Made by a program: the position numbers and the translations under genes | Assembly (NCBI GenBank): GCA_004022145.1 | Contig: RCNU01000007.1 | Direction: 5' to 3' (one strand) | DNA length: 64,000 nucleotides | Source of the DNA: Paecilomyces variotii | Lineage: Eukaryota | Shown here: piece after piece, positions 26,699 to 40,066 of the stretch | Layout of the letters: each line of letters begins with the position of its first letter | Position numbering within the stretch: the stretch's first letter is position 1 | The notes under the pieces: model-generated | Told to the model about the DNA's origin: nothing | The model's input: only the letters and a program-made list of their open reading frames with translations | Databases searched by the model: none

Positions 26699-28376
26699 AT
26701 GTCTATTTTCCAAGACCAGTCGCTTTTGGACGCTTTCAAACGTGGAGCTTCTAGCTACTCTTCGTTTTCTTCCCATGTTTTGACGATAGAGGTCCTTGAT
26801 TGGGTCCGGACGTCCGATGGTAAATCAAGGATCATTTGAACATGCACTGCTATTGATTACAGCTCACCAGTCATGTAGGTGACTGTCAACCCATCTGGCG
26901 AAAGGTTGCCGTGTCCGAACTAGCTAACTTGCCTGTACCTTTACTACGGATCATGTTGGTTCCTCTGCTTCATAGATATTGATTTCGGCTAATATAACAA
27001 TAGTTATTCACCATTGGACCTCCCAAACAGTGTTTCTGCAGGAGGCTTTCTCAGGCTCTTTGATCACTACAATGTACCGTCTGCATTCCTTGCAGGAAGA
27101 CTGCGGTCGGTAACACACTCATTTGGAGCTTTGAACAACATAAATAACTATAATTGTACGTAAGCGGTTGAGATGTTTTTGAGATGGATATTAAGATTAA
27201 CGGTATATCTCCCCCAAGGTGCCTGGTTCCACTATCTGTGTAAGAACATTACCATAACGCGTGATTCCCACGATAGGGCGTGGATATCCGATCCCAGACC
27301 AGGAGCACCGCAACTACAGCACGGAGACTCGACATGGATACGCTCTGGATATTTTCTGCGATGGGCAGTAGACTCAAACCACGATCCAGAAGTAACGCTT
27401 ATCTGTTTTGAGGCACCGGTCTCCCTCAAAGAACGTCTTCAACAGATTCCGCCCTCATCAATATCAAGCAGCGTCACCCCTGACCCGTACAGTCTCTTTG
27501 CAATCATCTTGGAAGAGCTGTCTCTGCAGATGGAAAACACGGTTTGGGATGTCATGGATGTTTTTCGACAGATTGAATTTGTATTTTCAACCCCCCAACT
27601 TAATTTGCCGGCATTGGGCTGACGTTCCCAGAATACCCTGGCTATGGCAAGGAACAGGGAATCATTCACCGGCCTGCATAATGTTTCCAAGCATACATTG
27701 TTTCTCCAAGAGGGCGCTGAAGCTATGCTGTTGACTTTGAAGAGTCTGTCCCGGCACCATGAACGTTTCCTCGAGATGGTCCCCGACTCAGATCGCCTTG
27801 TAGCTGAAAGGGCACAGGGTATGCTGACACACGCTGAAACGCAGTTCCAATCAATTAGTTTGCGCCTGAAGAGTCTTGAAAAACGGATACAGAATATTAT
27901 TGCATTGGTATGTCTTCAATATTCATTTATTTCGATTAGACCAAGGAGACAGGCTAATAGACATTATCCTGACCAAAGTCCTTCCACCTCGTCACGCAAG
28001 ACGGCAATCGAATCATGCAAGCAGATAGCAGTTCCATGGAAACCATTGCATTTGTGACTCTCGTATTTCTGCCACTATCAACCGTATCCGTGAGTTCCCC
28101 CTTTGCAGCCAATGTGGAAGCCTATGGCTGACCATTTAGACTGTGTTTGGAAGTCAATTCTTCAACTTCGACCCTTCCATGGTGCACATGTCGCAGAGTT
28201 TCTGGATATTTTGGCTGATATCAATCCCTTTGACTTTACTGGTCCTTGTCTTTTGGCGTGTGTCCATCAAGGGTATACCGCTGTCGAGGGTTTGCAATGG
28301 TTTGCGACGCAATCGAGGGTTGGAGGTGGACACCTTGAGGGATACAATTGGCCAGAAAATTTTCAGAAACGCATAA
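26699..28376 (+). CDS. Fungal CorA-like (Mg2+ transporter-like) domain protein, multi-exon; 5' exons uncertain
   Basis: Helical stalk RLKSLEKRIQNIIAL|SFHLVTQDGNRIM, then DSSSMETIAFVTLVFLPLSTVS..FGSQFFNF...FWIFWLISIPLT two-TM C-terminus. Confidence 0.75.
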
Positions 28377-28558
28377 TAACAACTAATCAGTTTAAATACA
28401 ATAAACGCCCGAATAAGATGGAGTGGACATAGAAATCAGATCCCGGGCACTAAACCAATGATATCCGTCCTCTCCTTCGTCCTCCTCCCATGGCTTCATC
28501 CATAAAACCAACCAGAGGACCTTCAAGATATTCATATTAAGATTGAGCAGTCCATGAT

Positions 28559-29585
28559 CTAACGCAGACTCTCTTCGGAGGCAGTAAGTACGTGCGTCGT
28601 CTCATCTTCCGTAACTGGTTTTCTTGGGCCACGGGTCCCTGGTTTATGCCACTGCATACAACAGTAGATAATCCCTGTGTACGACCCAGTCAAACCGATG
28701 GCGTTTGCTATAGGGAGAAACTGGCAGAAAGCAGACAACCCCCAAGGGTAGTAATCGTATCTGCAGTGGAGGTTTTGAGCTTGAATACCCGGAACAAGGT
28801 TAAATAAGTTCCAGAAGAAAAAGAAAAAGCTCCCAAGTATCAAGGAAATTATTCCCTTTGTCAGTCAGCTGTTGACCGGTGCAATTCATAAACCTTGGGG
28901 ACGGCTTACCTTGGAAGACAGTCCCAGGTCCTTTGGTCTCCAGGTAATAATAAATATCTCAAGCATAACCTCTACGGAAGAAATTAAGAAGAGAATTTCC
29001 CATGCGAACGCGATCTTATCATTGGCGATCTCAATAGAGGACTCAGAGAGGTCGTTTCGCGTAAATGTGACGATGATGGACGTTATGGTCGATACGAAAG
29101 AAAGCACGAAGAGGATTAGCAAAATACTCCCATGCACGTTTGACAGAAGATGTGGCTTAATGCGCCTATTGTGACGTTGCGCATTGTAGGCATACGTAAG
29201 TCGATATAATACATTCGCAATAAGGAATGTTGGAAGATAACTGCAAATATCCCCGACCACCACTGCGGCGTACGAGTGTAGACCATCACGCCATATAGAG
29301 ACTGCGTCGAGACTGGTTGATCTGTCATGGTATATCAATAAAGAACGTTCTTGCCTGGTATACAAAAGTCACAGGCCACGGTGACACTTACATAATGTTA
29401 CCGAGAAGCGAGACAAAGAGGGTTTTGAAAGGAATCGCTTTAGGATCATGTCTCGGCCTTCTAATAAGACATGAGCTGATAAGCAATGCGAGCAATGCAA
29501 TATCAATTGCCACCTGAGGAGTAAAAATGACCAAAAAGGAGGACTGCTCCGATGAGAGTCTCGGCTGAAGACTTTGAGAAAACAT
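28559..29585 (-). CDS. Hypothetical multi-pass membrane protein, about 3 exons
   Basis: Consecutive hydrophobic ORFs (29388-29594, 28886-29365, 28559-28843) separated by GTAAG donors. Confidence 0.5.
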
Positions 29586-31316
29586 AGCGTGCAAGAAACA
29601 ATGTATAACCTAGGTGAAGGATAATGCACTTTATTCTGCACAGCTTCTTGAAGCTCTGTAGCGAATAAAGATTCCGGTAAGCCAAGGTGAAAAGCAGAGA
29701 TAATCCCACTGGAACTCCACTTTGATACAGAAGATCTTGCCCTGGGCTAAACAGAGCTCGAGGAAGAGGAACGAGAAAGAAGAAATGGGAGGGGGCGTAA
29801 TTATCACCCGGACAAACATGGGACAATAATGATGCTCAGCCTCATTCTTTACATAGGTACAGTGTACATTATCCCGCGTGTCTTTCGCCAGGCTAAATCG
29901 AAACTTGCCGCTGGGACTTTTAGGATCAATACAGCTTTGGCTGCACCGGTCATAAGCCAACGAGTCAGAATTATTAATTGTGTCTGACTTAGCTGCCAAA
30001 TGTCTCCACTAGCAAAACGCTGTCTCCTGCAATCTCCTTGCTCCTTACTTTTTCTTACTCCTTTATGATTCATATCCTACTAAGTCTTGAGAACTGCTGT
30101 CTACGTCTAGCCGAGAGTCTTCCCTGTTTATTGTCATGGGATCCCCCCAGGTATATCCACTCCCAATATACTCGAAGTCCTAACTAAACTCGCAAGGAAT
30201 CTTGGTCCAAGCGACACGGAGGTGGATACATCCCACAAAGCGCGAAATACCAGCCTCAACATCGGTCCAACACCGTTGACAACAACGTTCATTTGAACGA
30301 GTCGTCTCGCAATTTCACCATCTCAGAGAAAACCAAGACCTGGCCCTTCGAACGTGGTAGCCATGGAGGAAGCTATGTTCCCGGTAAAGGCAAGGAGAAA
30401 CCAAAGACTGGCTGAAAACAACGAGGCTAGTATATAGTATATGATGAAGCCCCATGGAAAGATCCATGGAAAGACGTGAAGTGACCCTGCAAACGCGGGC
30501 TCCTTTCCATCGAACCACATTTCACTATATTGATGCCAACGTCCTCGAAACAAATGAAAATATGCAGTGTGACAATCTCTACACCAAAAATTCGTCTTGG
30601 TTGCGGCGCAGTACTTATAGACACCTTGCAGGACTGGCTGGGCTGAGGTTGTCCGGCTGACCGAAAAGTCCTGCGGTTGAACGAGGCTCTCGTGCGGGAC
30701 GTGACGTCCGGTACTGGGTACTTGCGCAGAAACCGTATGGCGTTATCTGATACTATTGGTCTCTGTTGGGCGAAAATTGATCGTGAATGCTTCGGCCTCG
30801 CTGGCGCAACTTGCTGCGCTCAACGATGCCAATCGCAGCAACAGGACGGCCATGCACGGTCCTCGAGCTGAACAACAAGATCGACCACCCAACCAGATCT
30901 CTCTTCGGGCTTCCCTCTACGGTTCTGGGCTTGACTGGCTTCGCTAGGCTTACATGTAGAGCCTCACCTCCTGCACTGCACCTAGCTCACCCTTGGTTGC
31001 TGGGACAAGGCTGAGCCTATCTAGCGGCTGATTATCCCAGCTGCCTCATGCATGATGTTTCAGGCAGCGACACTGCCCAAGTAACAATCGCTAGACCAGT
31101 TCGTCAATCATATCCATTCAGAGCATGGATATAATTGATCGGCATGCCTTTCATATAGTGCTCCCAAGCGAAAGGTTGAATCATCCGTTCACGTTATCAT
31201 TGTGTTTTCAGATCTTTACTTGGGGCAAACAATGCCCCTTTAGCTAAGTATTATTTCGTAAATGCCAAACAATCTAATCTTGTTTATATATTCAAATTCA
31301 AAGAGTTTGTTTTGAC

Positions 31317-31341
31317 TTGTTTGTTTGTTTGTTTGTTTGTT
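31317..31341. repeat. (GTTT)n microsatellite
   Basis: ttgtttgtttgtttgtttgtttgtt read directly. Confidence 0.9.
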
Positions 31342-31731
31342 CATCTAATTCCCACTCCGTTAAATACATACTCCCGTGCCACGTCGAAGGTTCTAGCTAC
31401 TCCATTCTAGGTCCAATTTACCAGTACTTATTTGATTCGTATACAAACATATTGAAATAGGCCCAGTGTCTCCTTCCTGGACATTTCTTTTTGAATTTTA
31501 TATGCTAGGGACAGGGAGCCTTTTTCACCTGCCTACCTAATTAGGATCTAGTGCACTATATAGAAATATTCATATGAACTAGAAGACACGTCATTGGCAA
31601 ATAAAACGCTTGTATAACATGATTGTGGCACATCAGTGTAGGCACTTATTATGGACGACATTCCTTCAGTTTGGAAGAATGTATGCCCTAGATCAGTGCA
31701 TAACCTACGCTATCGTGTATACTCCATCATA

Positions 31732-33169
31732 TCAGGCAACAGCAGGAGCGTCAGCTAACTCTAGCAGACCAAAGCCCATCGCACGCCGACCAGTTTCGCG
31801 ATTCGGAATCCCGCTTTCTCCCAAGTACCCTTTCAACTTCGTCTCATTGATTCCACCTGGGAAGTCCCCCGGAGGCAAGCCTGCAAGGAAGTTTTCAGCC
31901 TGGGACTTTATATACCGAACATTGACAGGTGTCGTCGGAGTTGCTGCAATATACGCCACGCTCGCATCGTGCTTGCCAGCATGTTCAACTTCAACTGCAT
32001 GGCACATCTTGTATATGTTTCCGTTAGCTCAATATATTTGACTGACGGCCGTGAAGTTTGAACTCACATCACAATGCCACCAAACAGTGTCTCCAGGACG
32101 CATTTCTGGGATGTGAACGAGGCAGTCTTCAAGGCGGAGATGAGGGTGTGATGTTCGGCTGAGATATTGGCTGCTCTCCTTGCGGGTGCCAGGAAACCAA
32201 GCATTGTCCGGGTTGAAGGACCATTTGGACGCATCCATCACGTCTTCTTGTGGAGGTGTGAAGAATGGACGAAGTAGCAGATATGCTATGACGGTGCCTA
32301 CATATGGATATAGCAGGAGGCTGCCTTCTCTGGGTCTGGTCCCTGTCAATGCAGTCCATCCCTGAAAGGCTCTGAAGACTGAGGAGTGAGCAGAGCCTTC
32401 GAAGGCTGCTTGGTCCGCGTCTTTTCTGGTTGAAAGGTCATAAGCGTCGAATCTTTCCGGGAAGCCAGAGAATATCGAGTCGTAGACCTTTCGATATCCG
32501 GCGTCTGCCCAGCGACAGAGACTTCCCGCGTCGATATGCGGACCGAGTCCATAGAAAGGCTTCCCTGGGGGGCGGATTCGCACAGCATCCGCGTACGTTA
32601 GCGGATCCGGAGACGTTGTCTGCGATGCATCATGCCAGAAACCATTGAGGATGCGTTGAACGAGTAACTGGTTTGGATGTGCTCGCAGAGCTTGTTGCGT
32701 CGGAGACCAGAAGAGTCGGTATACTGATGGGTTATTCGCAGGCCATGCTATTCTGTATCAGTCGCGCTGAATTGACTGTGAATAGATCGCTTCACACACC
32801 TTTCAATGAATCCCTGTTCTCGGAAACATATTGCTTCAGATTCTCAAACTGGGCTGTAGCCTCTGCGGCGGGTATAACGTTCCTGATCACGAAGCAGCCG
32901 ACTTTCTTCAGTTCTTTCACCTTCTCCTCGCTCAAGTCCTGCAGATCATCGAAGTCTAATACCGGAATGACTGAAGAGCCCTTCTCTGATAATATAGCAG
33001 TGATTGCTTTGAGGTCATCGCAGGTCTTGAGCCACGCCTTGCGAATGTTTTCTTCCCCATATTCATCTACTATCTGTCTTTTATACTCCTTGAATTCCTC
33101 TTCGTCTTCAGGTCGAACGTCTGATGAGGCAAACTCAGGCCATTCCGGCCATGCAGTGAGTGTGGGCAT
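31732..33169 (-). CDS. DUF1479 (Gig2/YbiU-like) putative 2OG/Fe(II) oxygenase-fold protein, 3 exons
   Basis: GCFVIRNVIP, YADAVRIRPPG, LGPHIDAGS, FRAFQGW and GDTVWWHCD|MCHAVE motifs typical of DUF1479. Confidence 0.85.
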
Positions 33170-33757
33170 GTTGGCTTGTACTCTTTATCTTCCGACGTTA
33201 CGGTTCTTTTGGCGGCACGCACATGAGAAAGCAGGAGGACCGGAGAGGTCTCTATTATATGCCTCCCTTGTCTATAACGAGTAACCGATCTTTAATCCCA
33301 TTTTTGATGTGTTCCACTCCCACAAATCACATTAAACACGACTTATCTTCGGCTGCATCCGCTACCGATCTCAAAGACCAGCAGACAGGGATTAACACCT
33401 TATCATTCAGCGGAGTGTCCGACAACTGGCTTAATTTATTATGATCGCACAGTCTAACTTATATCACATAATCTAATCTGATCGATGCGGGCCCGCCGAC
33501 CTTATATTCCTCTGTATTGTTATCAGAAGCCATGCCCTTATCACTCTGTCTGGAGCTCCTCGTTTACAGTAACCATGTTCGTTCAAGATATGGAATTGAT
33601 CACGTTGATCACGTTTATTACTTTCTGTCTATACTGCATGCATCACATATCACTCGAAGAGCAAGGGGCTATATTTATAGTCGACAACTATCTCGTTGAA
33701 AGATGACAGCTTATACAAGCATTATTTGATACTACAGGACCCTTCTCTTCATTGAAA

Positions 33758-35742
33758 ATGGCCAATACAAGCACAAGACACATATCAGCACTCGTGCCTC
33801 GTTCTTCACGTCTACTAGTTGCGCTCCTCATAGGTGCCTGTATGGTGCAATCAACAGTATAAGACGTCCCTCTATCACAAAGCAAATACACAGAATCTAA
33901 CAGCTATACAGACTTATGGCTACGATGGCTCGATGATGTATGTACATACACACATACATACATACATACAATACATGAACCCAACACATAGAACCCACAT
34001 CTAACCAGCACAGGAACGGTCTAAACATCCTCCCATCTTATACCGACTACTTCCACCTCAGCAGCGTGACAACGGCACTAAACACGTCAATCGTCATGGT
34101 TGGAAACGCCCTCGCCGGAACAATTAATGGATTTCTCTGCGACCGCATCGGAAGACGCTCAACACTACTCGTTGCTGCTATCATCGCGATTATCGGCATC
34201 GTGCTGCAGTCTGCCGCGGTAAATATTGCCATGTTCATCGTCGCCAGATGTGTGATTGGATTCGGAACCGGTGTCTCAGCAGCTGCGGCGCCGACGTATC
34301 TTGCCGAAACGGTGCCGTATACATGGCGCGCTTTTACGCTTGGGTTGTTTTTTGACTTTTGGTATGTTGGTATGTATGGATATTCATTCCATCGTGTCAG
34401 AATACCGTGGTATGATTTCTAATCATGATAATTGATTGATTGATAGGCGCTCTCCTCGCAGCTGGAATCACATATGGTACAGCAAATATCGAATCGACAT
34501 GGGCTTGGCGGATCCCTTCTATCCTCCAAGCGCTCTTTAGCATTATATGTATCGCCATCCTCCCATTCATTCCCGAGTCCCCACGATGGCTGGTCTATCA
34601 GGGTCGTCATCAAGAAGCGCGGGAAGCACTCGCTGCGACACATTCGAATGGAAACGACTCCGATCCCGCTGTCTTAATTGAATTGAAAGAAATCACAGAC
34701 ACGATTGAATGGGAGAAGAATCATGGTGAAAAGCTCAGTATGGTACAGATTGTAAAGTCGAAGTCTAGTAGGAAGAGACTCCTCCTTTCGACTTCCGTTG
34801 CGGTATTTTCTATGCTTTCAGGTACGTCTATCTGCGCTTCTATTAGCCAGCACGGCCGGAAACAAACTGACGAAGTAAAAAATAGGAAATAACATCATAT
34901 CATTCTACCTCGGCGACATGCTCGACCACGCAGGCGTAACCAACTCCACAACTCAACTCGAAATCAACATCATCCTAAACTGTTTCTGCCTCGTGACCAG
35001 CATAATCGGCTCTCTATTCGCCGAGAGACTAGGCCGTCGCTTCCTCGCCATCAGCAGCACCACTGCCGTGACGATATTCATCTTCATCATTGGCGTCCTG
35101 ACAAAAGTATATGGCTCGTCAACAGACACGTCAGGAATCTACGGTACCGTAGCGTCGATCTTTCTCTTTCAGGGCTCGTATAGTTTCGGCTGGACGCCTT
35201 TGACCGTGATGTATCCGCCAGAAGTGCTGAATTACTCTATCCGCGCGAATGGAATGGGGGTCTATACGTTTTTCTCGTCGGGTATAGGGTGAGTGTTCCA
35301 TTTCTTCACTCACTCATTCATTCCATCCTTCCTTAACAAGAGACGTGATTCTACAAGAGAGATACCCTATCTAACTAACAAATACAACCGCAGCCTGCTC
35401 GTAACATTCGCCTTTCCAATCGCCCTGGACCGAATCGGCTGGAAGATCTACATGATCAACGGCGCGTGGGATATACTGGAACTTCTGTTCGTGATACTCT
35501 TCTGGATCGAAACTAAAGGTAAGACGCTGGAAGAGATCGATGAGGTTATCGATGGGGTTAAGCATTCCGATATGCCGGATTTGGATCTTCTGAAACGAGG
35601 AGATGGCATTGAAGCCGCTGTGGAGGTTTTGGAGGGGAGAGAAATTACTAGTGATCGTGTTGACTCAGTGACGATAGATGCAGGGCGAAAAGGGCCGAAG
35701 GTGAACTATAAAGAAGCGATGACGAAGAGAACTAATATGTGA
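33758..35742 (+). CDS. MFS sugar porter (lactose/cellodextrin/hexose permease-like), multi-exon
   Basis: GYDGSMM|NGLN, DRIGRR, YLAE, WRIP, PESPRWL, ERLGRR, YPPEVL and ETKGKTLEEI motifs. Confidence 0.92.
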
Positions 35743-35924
35743 TTATGACCTGATATGTGATTATTATGATGCTAGCTTATTCTATTCATGTACCGAATTC
35801 TATTTTTTCTAATGTGCGATATTTCTGTATACTAATCATGAAATCTCATCTGATCAACACACACTTGAACATCTCCGATGCTTATCATGATCCAACAGAT
35901 TCAAAAAATCTAGTTATACCCACA

Positions 35925-36852
35925 TTAACACCTCCTTCCCTGATCTACCGCCCACCTCACCATATCCGCAATCGTCCTACTGACGACATCAGTCCTAGGA
36001 ATCTCATGCCCGCCTCCATGATCAAACACCTTCCTCTTACTAGGCTCACCCAATCCCGCCAACTGCACGCCAGAGAAATACCTCGGATCCTTCGCACCAT
36101 ACACATGAGCCGTAGGGACCTGGATCTGATACGGCCCTGTAATTTCGCTCGTCAACTCATCAAAACTCGGTAATGCAGCGCTATCCAAACCAGCACCCCA
36201 GCGCGCGGACCCCTTGCTGAGAATAGCGCTGACATCAGCCTGCTCAGCGAGCGCTTTGCGCGATGCGTGATCCCGCTCCCATGCATCTAGGGAGATGGTG
36301 TAGCCCAGTCGCTCGAGTTCTGTGAGCAAGGGTCCGCCACAGATGAAGATGGCCGATTTGAACGGAGGTGGAGAGTTCGGAGACTCTGCCTGATGATGGA
36401 GTAACATGTCGGCGCTCACGGAGCAGCCCTGTGAGAATGCCATCACGGCATCGTAAGGGCCTGATTCGGCGATGAGTTGGTTGAGCCAGGCGCGTGTGTG
36501 AGCGATGTGCGAGGCGTCTTCGCTTTCCCAGAACGAGTAGTAAGGTCCCGGATAGAATAGATCGATGCCGGCGGCGGGGGTTGAGCGATACGGTGCATCA
36601 ATAAAATGGAAGTCGACATCGAGATCTTTGAGGTGGGCACGGATTGAAGCTTTCAATTATGGAATAAATTAGCATGCAGTTAAGACTCATCGATGGCTCT
36701 AGTTTCCAAGTTCCTATCTACCTCCCCAAGGACTGGCTCATGATATGATTTTCGACCAGAGAAATAAAAAACAGCGACAACTTACATGTCTGCGATTTAA
36801 ATATCGCACCACTTGTTCCCTTTCCATGAAGACAGAGGATCTTCCGCGTCAT
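35925..36852 (-). CDS. FSH1/OVCA2-family serine hydrolase, 2 exons
   Basis: ILCLHGKGTSGAIFKSQT; catalytic triad motifs AFSQG (Ser), GAKDP (Asp) and GGGHEIP (His). Confidence 0.9.
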
Positions 36853-37933
36853 CTTCGGATCAGATAATAAAACAAATGTAACTTTCGAAGACGGTCAAGG
36901 TGGGGGTGGTGGGGGACAGTTGATCCAAATATAAGCATGTACTATTACTATCTTGTCCCGCTTCTTTTGTAGATACCAAGAAAAAAGAGGGGTTCGTCCA
37001 GAAACGAGTCCGATGTCGCCGTAGGCAAGAAGAGTTGTATCTCGACACAAAAAATAATGTCCAGATAAATTCACGATCTAAGTCGAAGGTAACATGAGAC
37101 CTGCTTCGTCTTACTGGACATATATATCACAGTTAAAGTTCAACGGTTCAGGTCAAGATCGCTTCGTGAAGAAACATAAAAAAAAAAGATTTCCGTCGGA
37201 CGCCTAAGTAAGTAAGTATTCTTAGCGGCCGATCTTGCGATTGGGGGCGATTCTCGGATCGGTCCTTCTCAGCCGCAACCTGCACGCAATGAGCGGTTCG
37301 TTGTATAGCGCATCTGAGCGATAAGCACTGACTGGGTGGGGGGTAGCTTGAAGAATAAGAAAAAGTGTTTAGAACGAAGACAATGCGGCTAGATCTCCGA
37401 CAGATATATTCAGGCACGTTACACAAGCATACCTAGTTATGCATAATTTAGCATGCATGGACGGACATGCCTTGATCGGCGGTTATCTGTTTGCGGATGC
37501 AACGATGTAGTACCATACTCAATTCCCCACGTGGTATCCGGGTGGGAATGCGGTGATTCTTCATGCTCTACTAAGATCGGTCAAGATTAATCAGCAGTCC
37601 AAATGCCTCTGTCGATAGGAGGTTAATCTCTGAATCGGTACGCCGTATGCTATTTAGGATTCCTCGCAGGCCTAACATAAATGAGTCTATTTTGATGTAC
37701 GGGATCGTGTCCCGATTGGATTTTCGACCGAAGAGTTATGCTTCGGAAACATCAAAAATTCATCCGCAATAAACTCCGGAAGGAATAAATAGAGTTATTA
37801 TATATTCAGATTACTACTATCAATTACACCCCCAAGCGCGGCCATATACTTCCCATATAAACATAAGCGCACTAGTATCAAACAAACCCCCAACAAGTAT
37901 AACCGGAAGAAAATTCACCTCGTCAAATCAATA

Positions 37934-40066
37934 CTACCACGAAAACGCCTCTTCAAACAAGTCAACCGCCTTCTTCCCCTGAATATCGCGGACGGCTTTC
38001 CTCACATCATCACCCATACTTCCTGGCCCGCATACATTCACCGCCATAGCGCCCACTTGCTGCATCGTCTCTCTTTCAATAGTCTGGCCGAAATGCGGCT
38101 TGCCCAGGTTGACGGTCAGGGGTACAGTGGGCGGTGCCATGCTAGTCCATGGATTGTCTATGGTGGGGAAGAAGTCGTCTGTGTTGTGATCATGGCCGGT
38201 GATGAAGAGGTGGACGGAAAGCGAGAGTGTAGGGGACTGGAAATAGAGATGGGGGTTATGCAGAGTGGAGCCCTTGACGGAAGGGTGTGTTAGGATGGAG
38301 CTCATCCAGGGCTGGATCCAGAAGAGGTTCTCTGTTGAAAGGTCAGTTCCAATGTCTATGTAGAGCTTGACGTTGGTGATTACTGGATTACTTACCGACT
38401 TTCTTGACGACCCAGATGAGGATGATTTTCCTAGTCGTCACGGTGCGATTCGAGAAGCCGTGGACAAGTTCACGCAGGTGAGACAGAGGGTGAGTGATTC
38501 CGATACCGCCCGCGACGAGCAAGACAGTCCCATAAGAGGCAAAGGAATGAACGGCACCTAGATGATGTCAAGAGTTAGAAGAATGCTCTCACGAAGCTCA
38601 ATTGCATCCGATGAATTGTTCCATACCATAGGGACCCTCAGCCAGTGCTCTGACCCGAATTCTACCTTCAGGCGAGGCCTCCGAAGCCTTGAACATCGCG
38701 TTCGTAAATCCATCGCGTCTCTGAATCAAAAAGGAGATCGTTGTCTCCTGCCGAGCACCCAGCAACATTTTTAAGGAGTCACTGGATTCGTTCTTTTCCG
38801 GGTAATACGCTCGATCCGTGGAGATCCACGCAGCCGAGAAAGGATGCGATGTCCACAACCCCAAAGCAGGGATATACATATAGATGTGTTGCCCAGCTCT
38901 GAAGTTCCACGGGCGTGCCATCTGTAGATCGACTCGAGCCACACAGCCGGACAGTAACTCGATACTAGCGCTTGTGCATCTTCTCCCGCAATTTCGCCAA
39001 AGCAGTAGAACAACTCGGGCCAATCTCTGGAAGTCACCGTTAGTACATTGTACGACATGTAGCGTCCTATGAGTATACCTACTTCGAAACCCCAGAGACC
39101 CACGGCGGCAAGAAGAACATTCTGAGCCATCAGACCCCGTAGGTGATACCACAAAGCTACAAATGCGACTATAACCAGAATTATATGAAAATGCAGGAAA
39201 AATTCGTAAAATGAATGCCGTAATGGTGATACGGCTTGGAAGAATATCACAACGAAAGCAACAACGGCCTGCAAAACGCATTAGCGGATCGGTCATCTTG
39301 TCAATTGGATCAAGAATTAAAATTTGATAGACCTACTATAAGTCCATAGAGAAACAAGGGTTCATGTCGAAAAATGTCCAGGATCGCCCCAGAGCCCTCT
39401 GCATCCTAGTTAGCTTTTGCGCAGGAATTCTGGAAGAAAACTCCACTTACCACGAGCTGCAACAGCTACCAGAATACCGGTCATATGTACAACAGCCTCG
39501 ACGCACACAATACGCCCAAGCCAGCGGTGGACGGTGTTGAAAGTATCGAACGATATCCCAGAAAGTGATATGAGAGGATTGTTCCGTCCGGCGGTCAATA
39601 CCAAAGGCAAGGTATTGAAAATTGCCATGTGTCCAGCTGCATACCTCCATCTGTCCATCGTAAAGTACAAACTAGCAGACCAGTCTACCGTCACGAAAAG
39701 AAGAACGCTGTTCAGGCCAATGTAGGAAGACAGCCAAATAATCATCATTCGGGATGGCAGAGTTCCCATGTGGATCTTTCGAAAAATCCGAAATTCTCTG
39801 TTGTGGCGGATCCTGAACAGTGGCGCATAGAACAGATGTCGTTTCAACTTTGCCGCAACTATGTTAGGCCTTGCATATATTTCCTGGACATTATCATGGA
39901 GCGAGGCGCGCAATCGACGCCGTCGTAGTAGCTGTGTAGAAGCACCACCAAGGGAAAGAAAAACGACCAGTACCGCTAAGACGGCGACTGGGATGGCAAG
40001 TATAGGCGTGAGCTCGGGGTAGTCCTCCCCAGCATCATTCTGGTGATGTCTCTGCTGCTGTGCCAT
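37934..40066 (-). CDS. Ferric/metallo-reductase transmembrane protein (FRE/NOX family), multi-exon
   Basis: AGRNNPLI, FNTVHRWLGR...H, YEFFLHFH, FRAGQH, HPFS, EGPYG, AGGIGIT and VCGPGSM motifs; C-terminal EEAFSW*. Confidence 0.9.

Noticed and set aside
29620..31010. Short ORFs on both strands that look partly coding
   Set aside because: Could not assemble a consistent spliced frame or recognise a family; possibly a decayed gene, needs blastx
36859..36867. ATCAGATAA (SreA-type GATA site)
   Set aside because: Single copy lying only a few bases upstream of the FSH1 start codon rather than in a ferric reductase promoter; chance occurrence is plausible
31732..40066. Secondary-metabolite biosynthetic cluster
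   Set aside because: No PKS, NRPS, terpene cyclase or prenyltransferase backbone gene in the window
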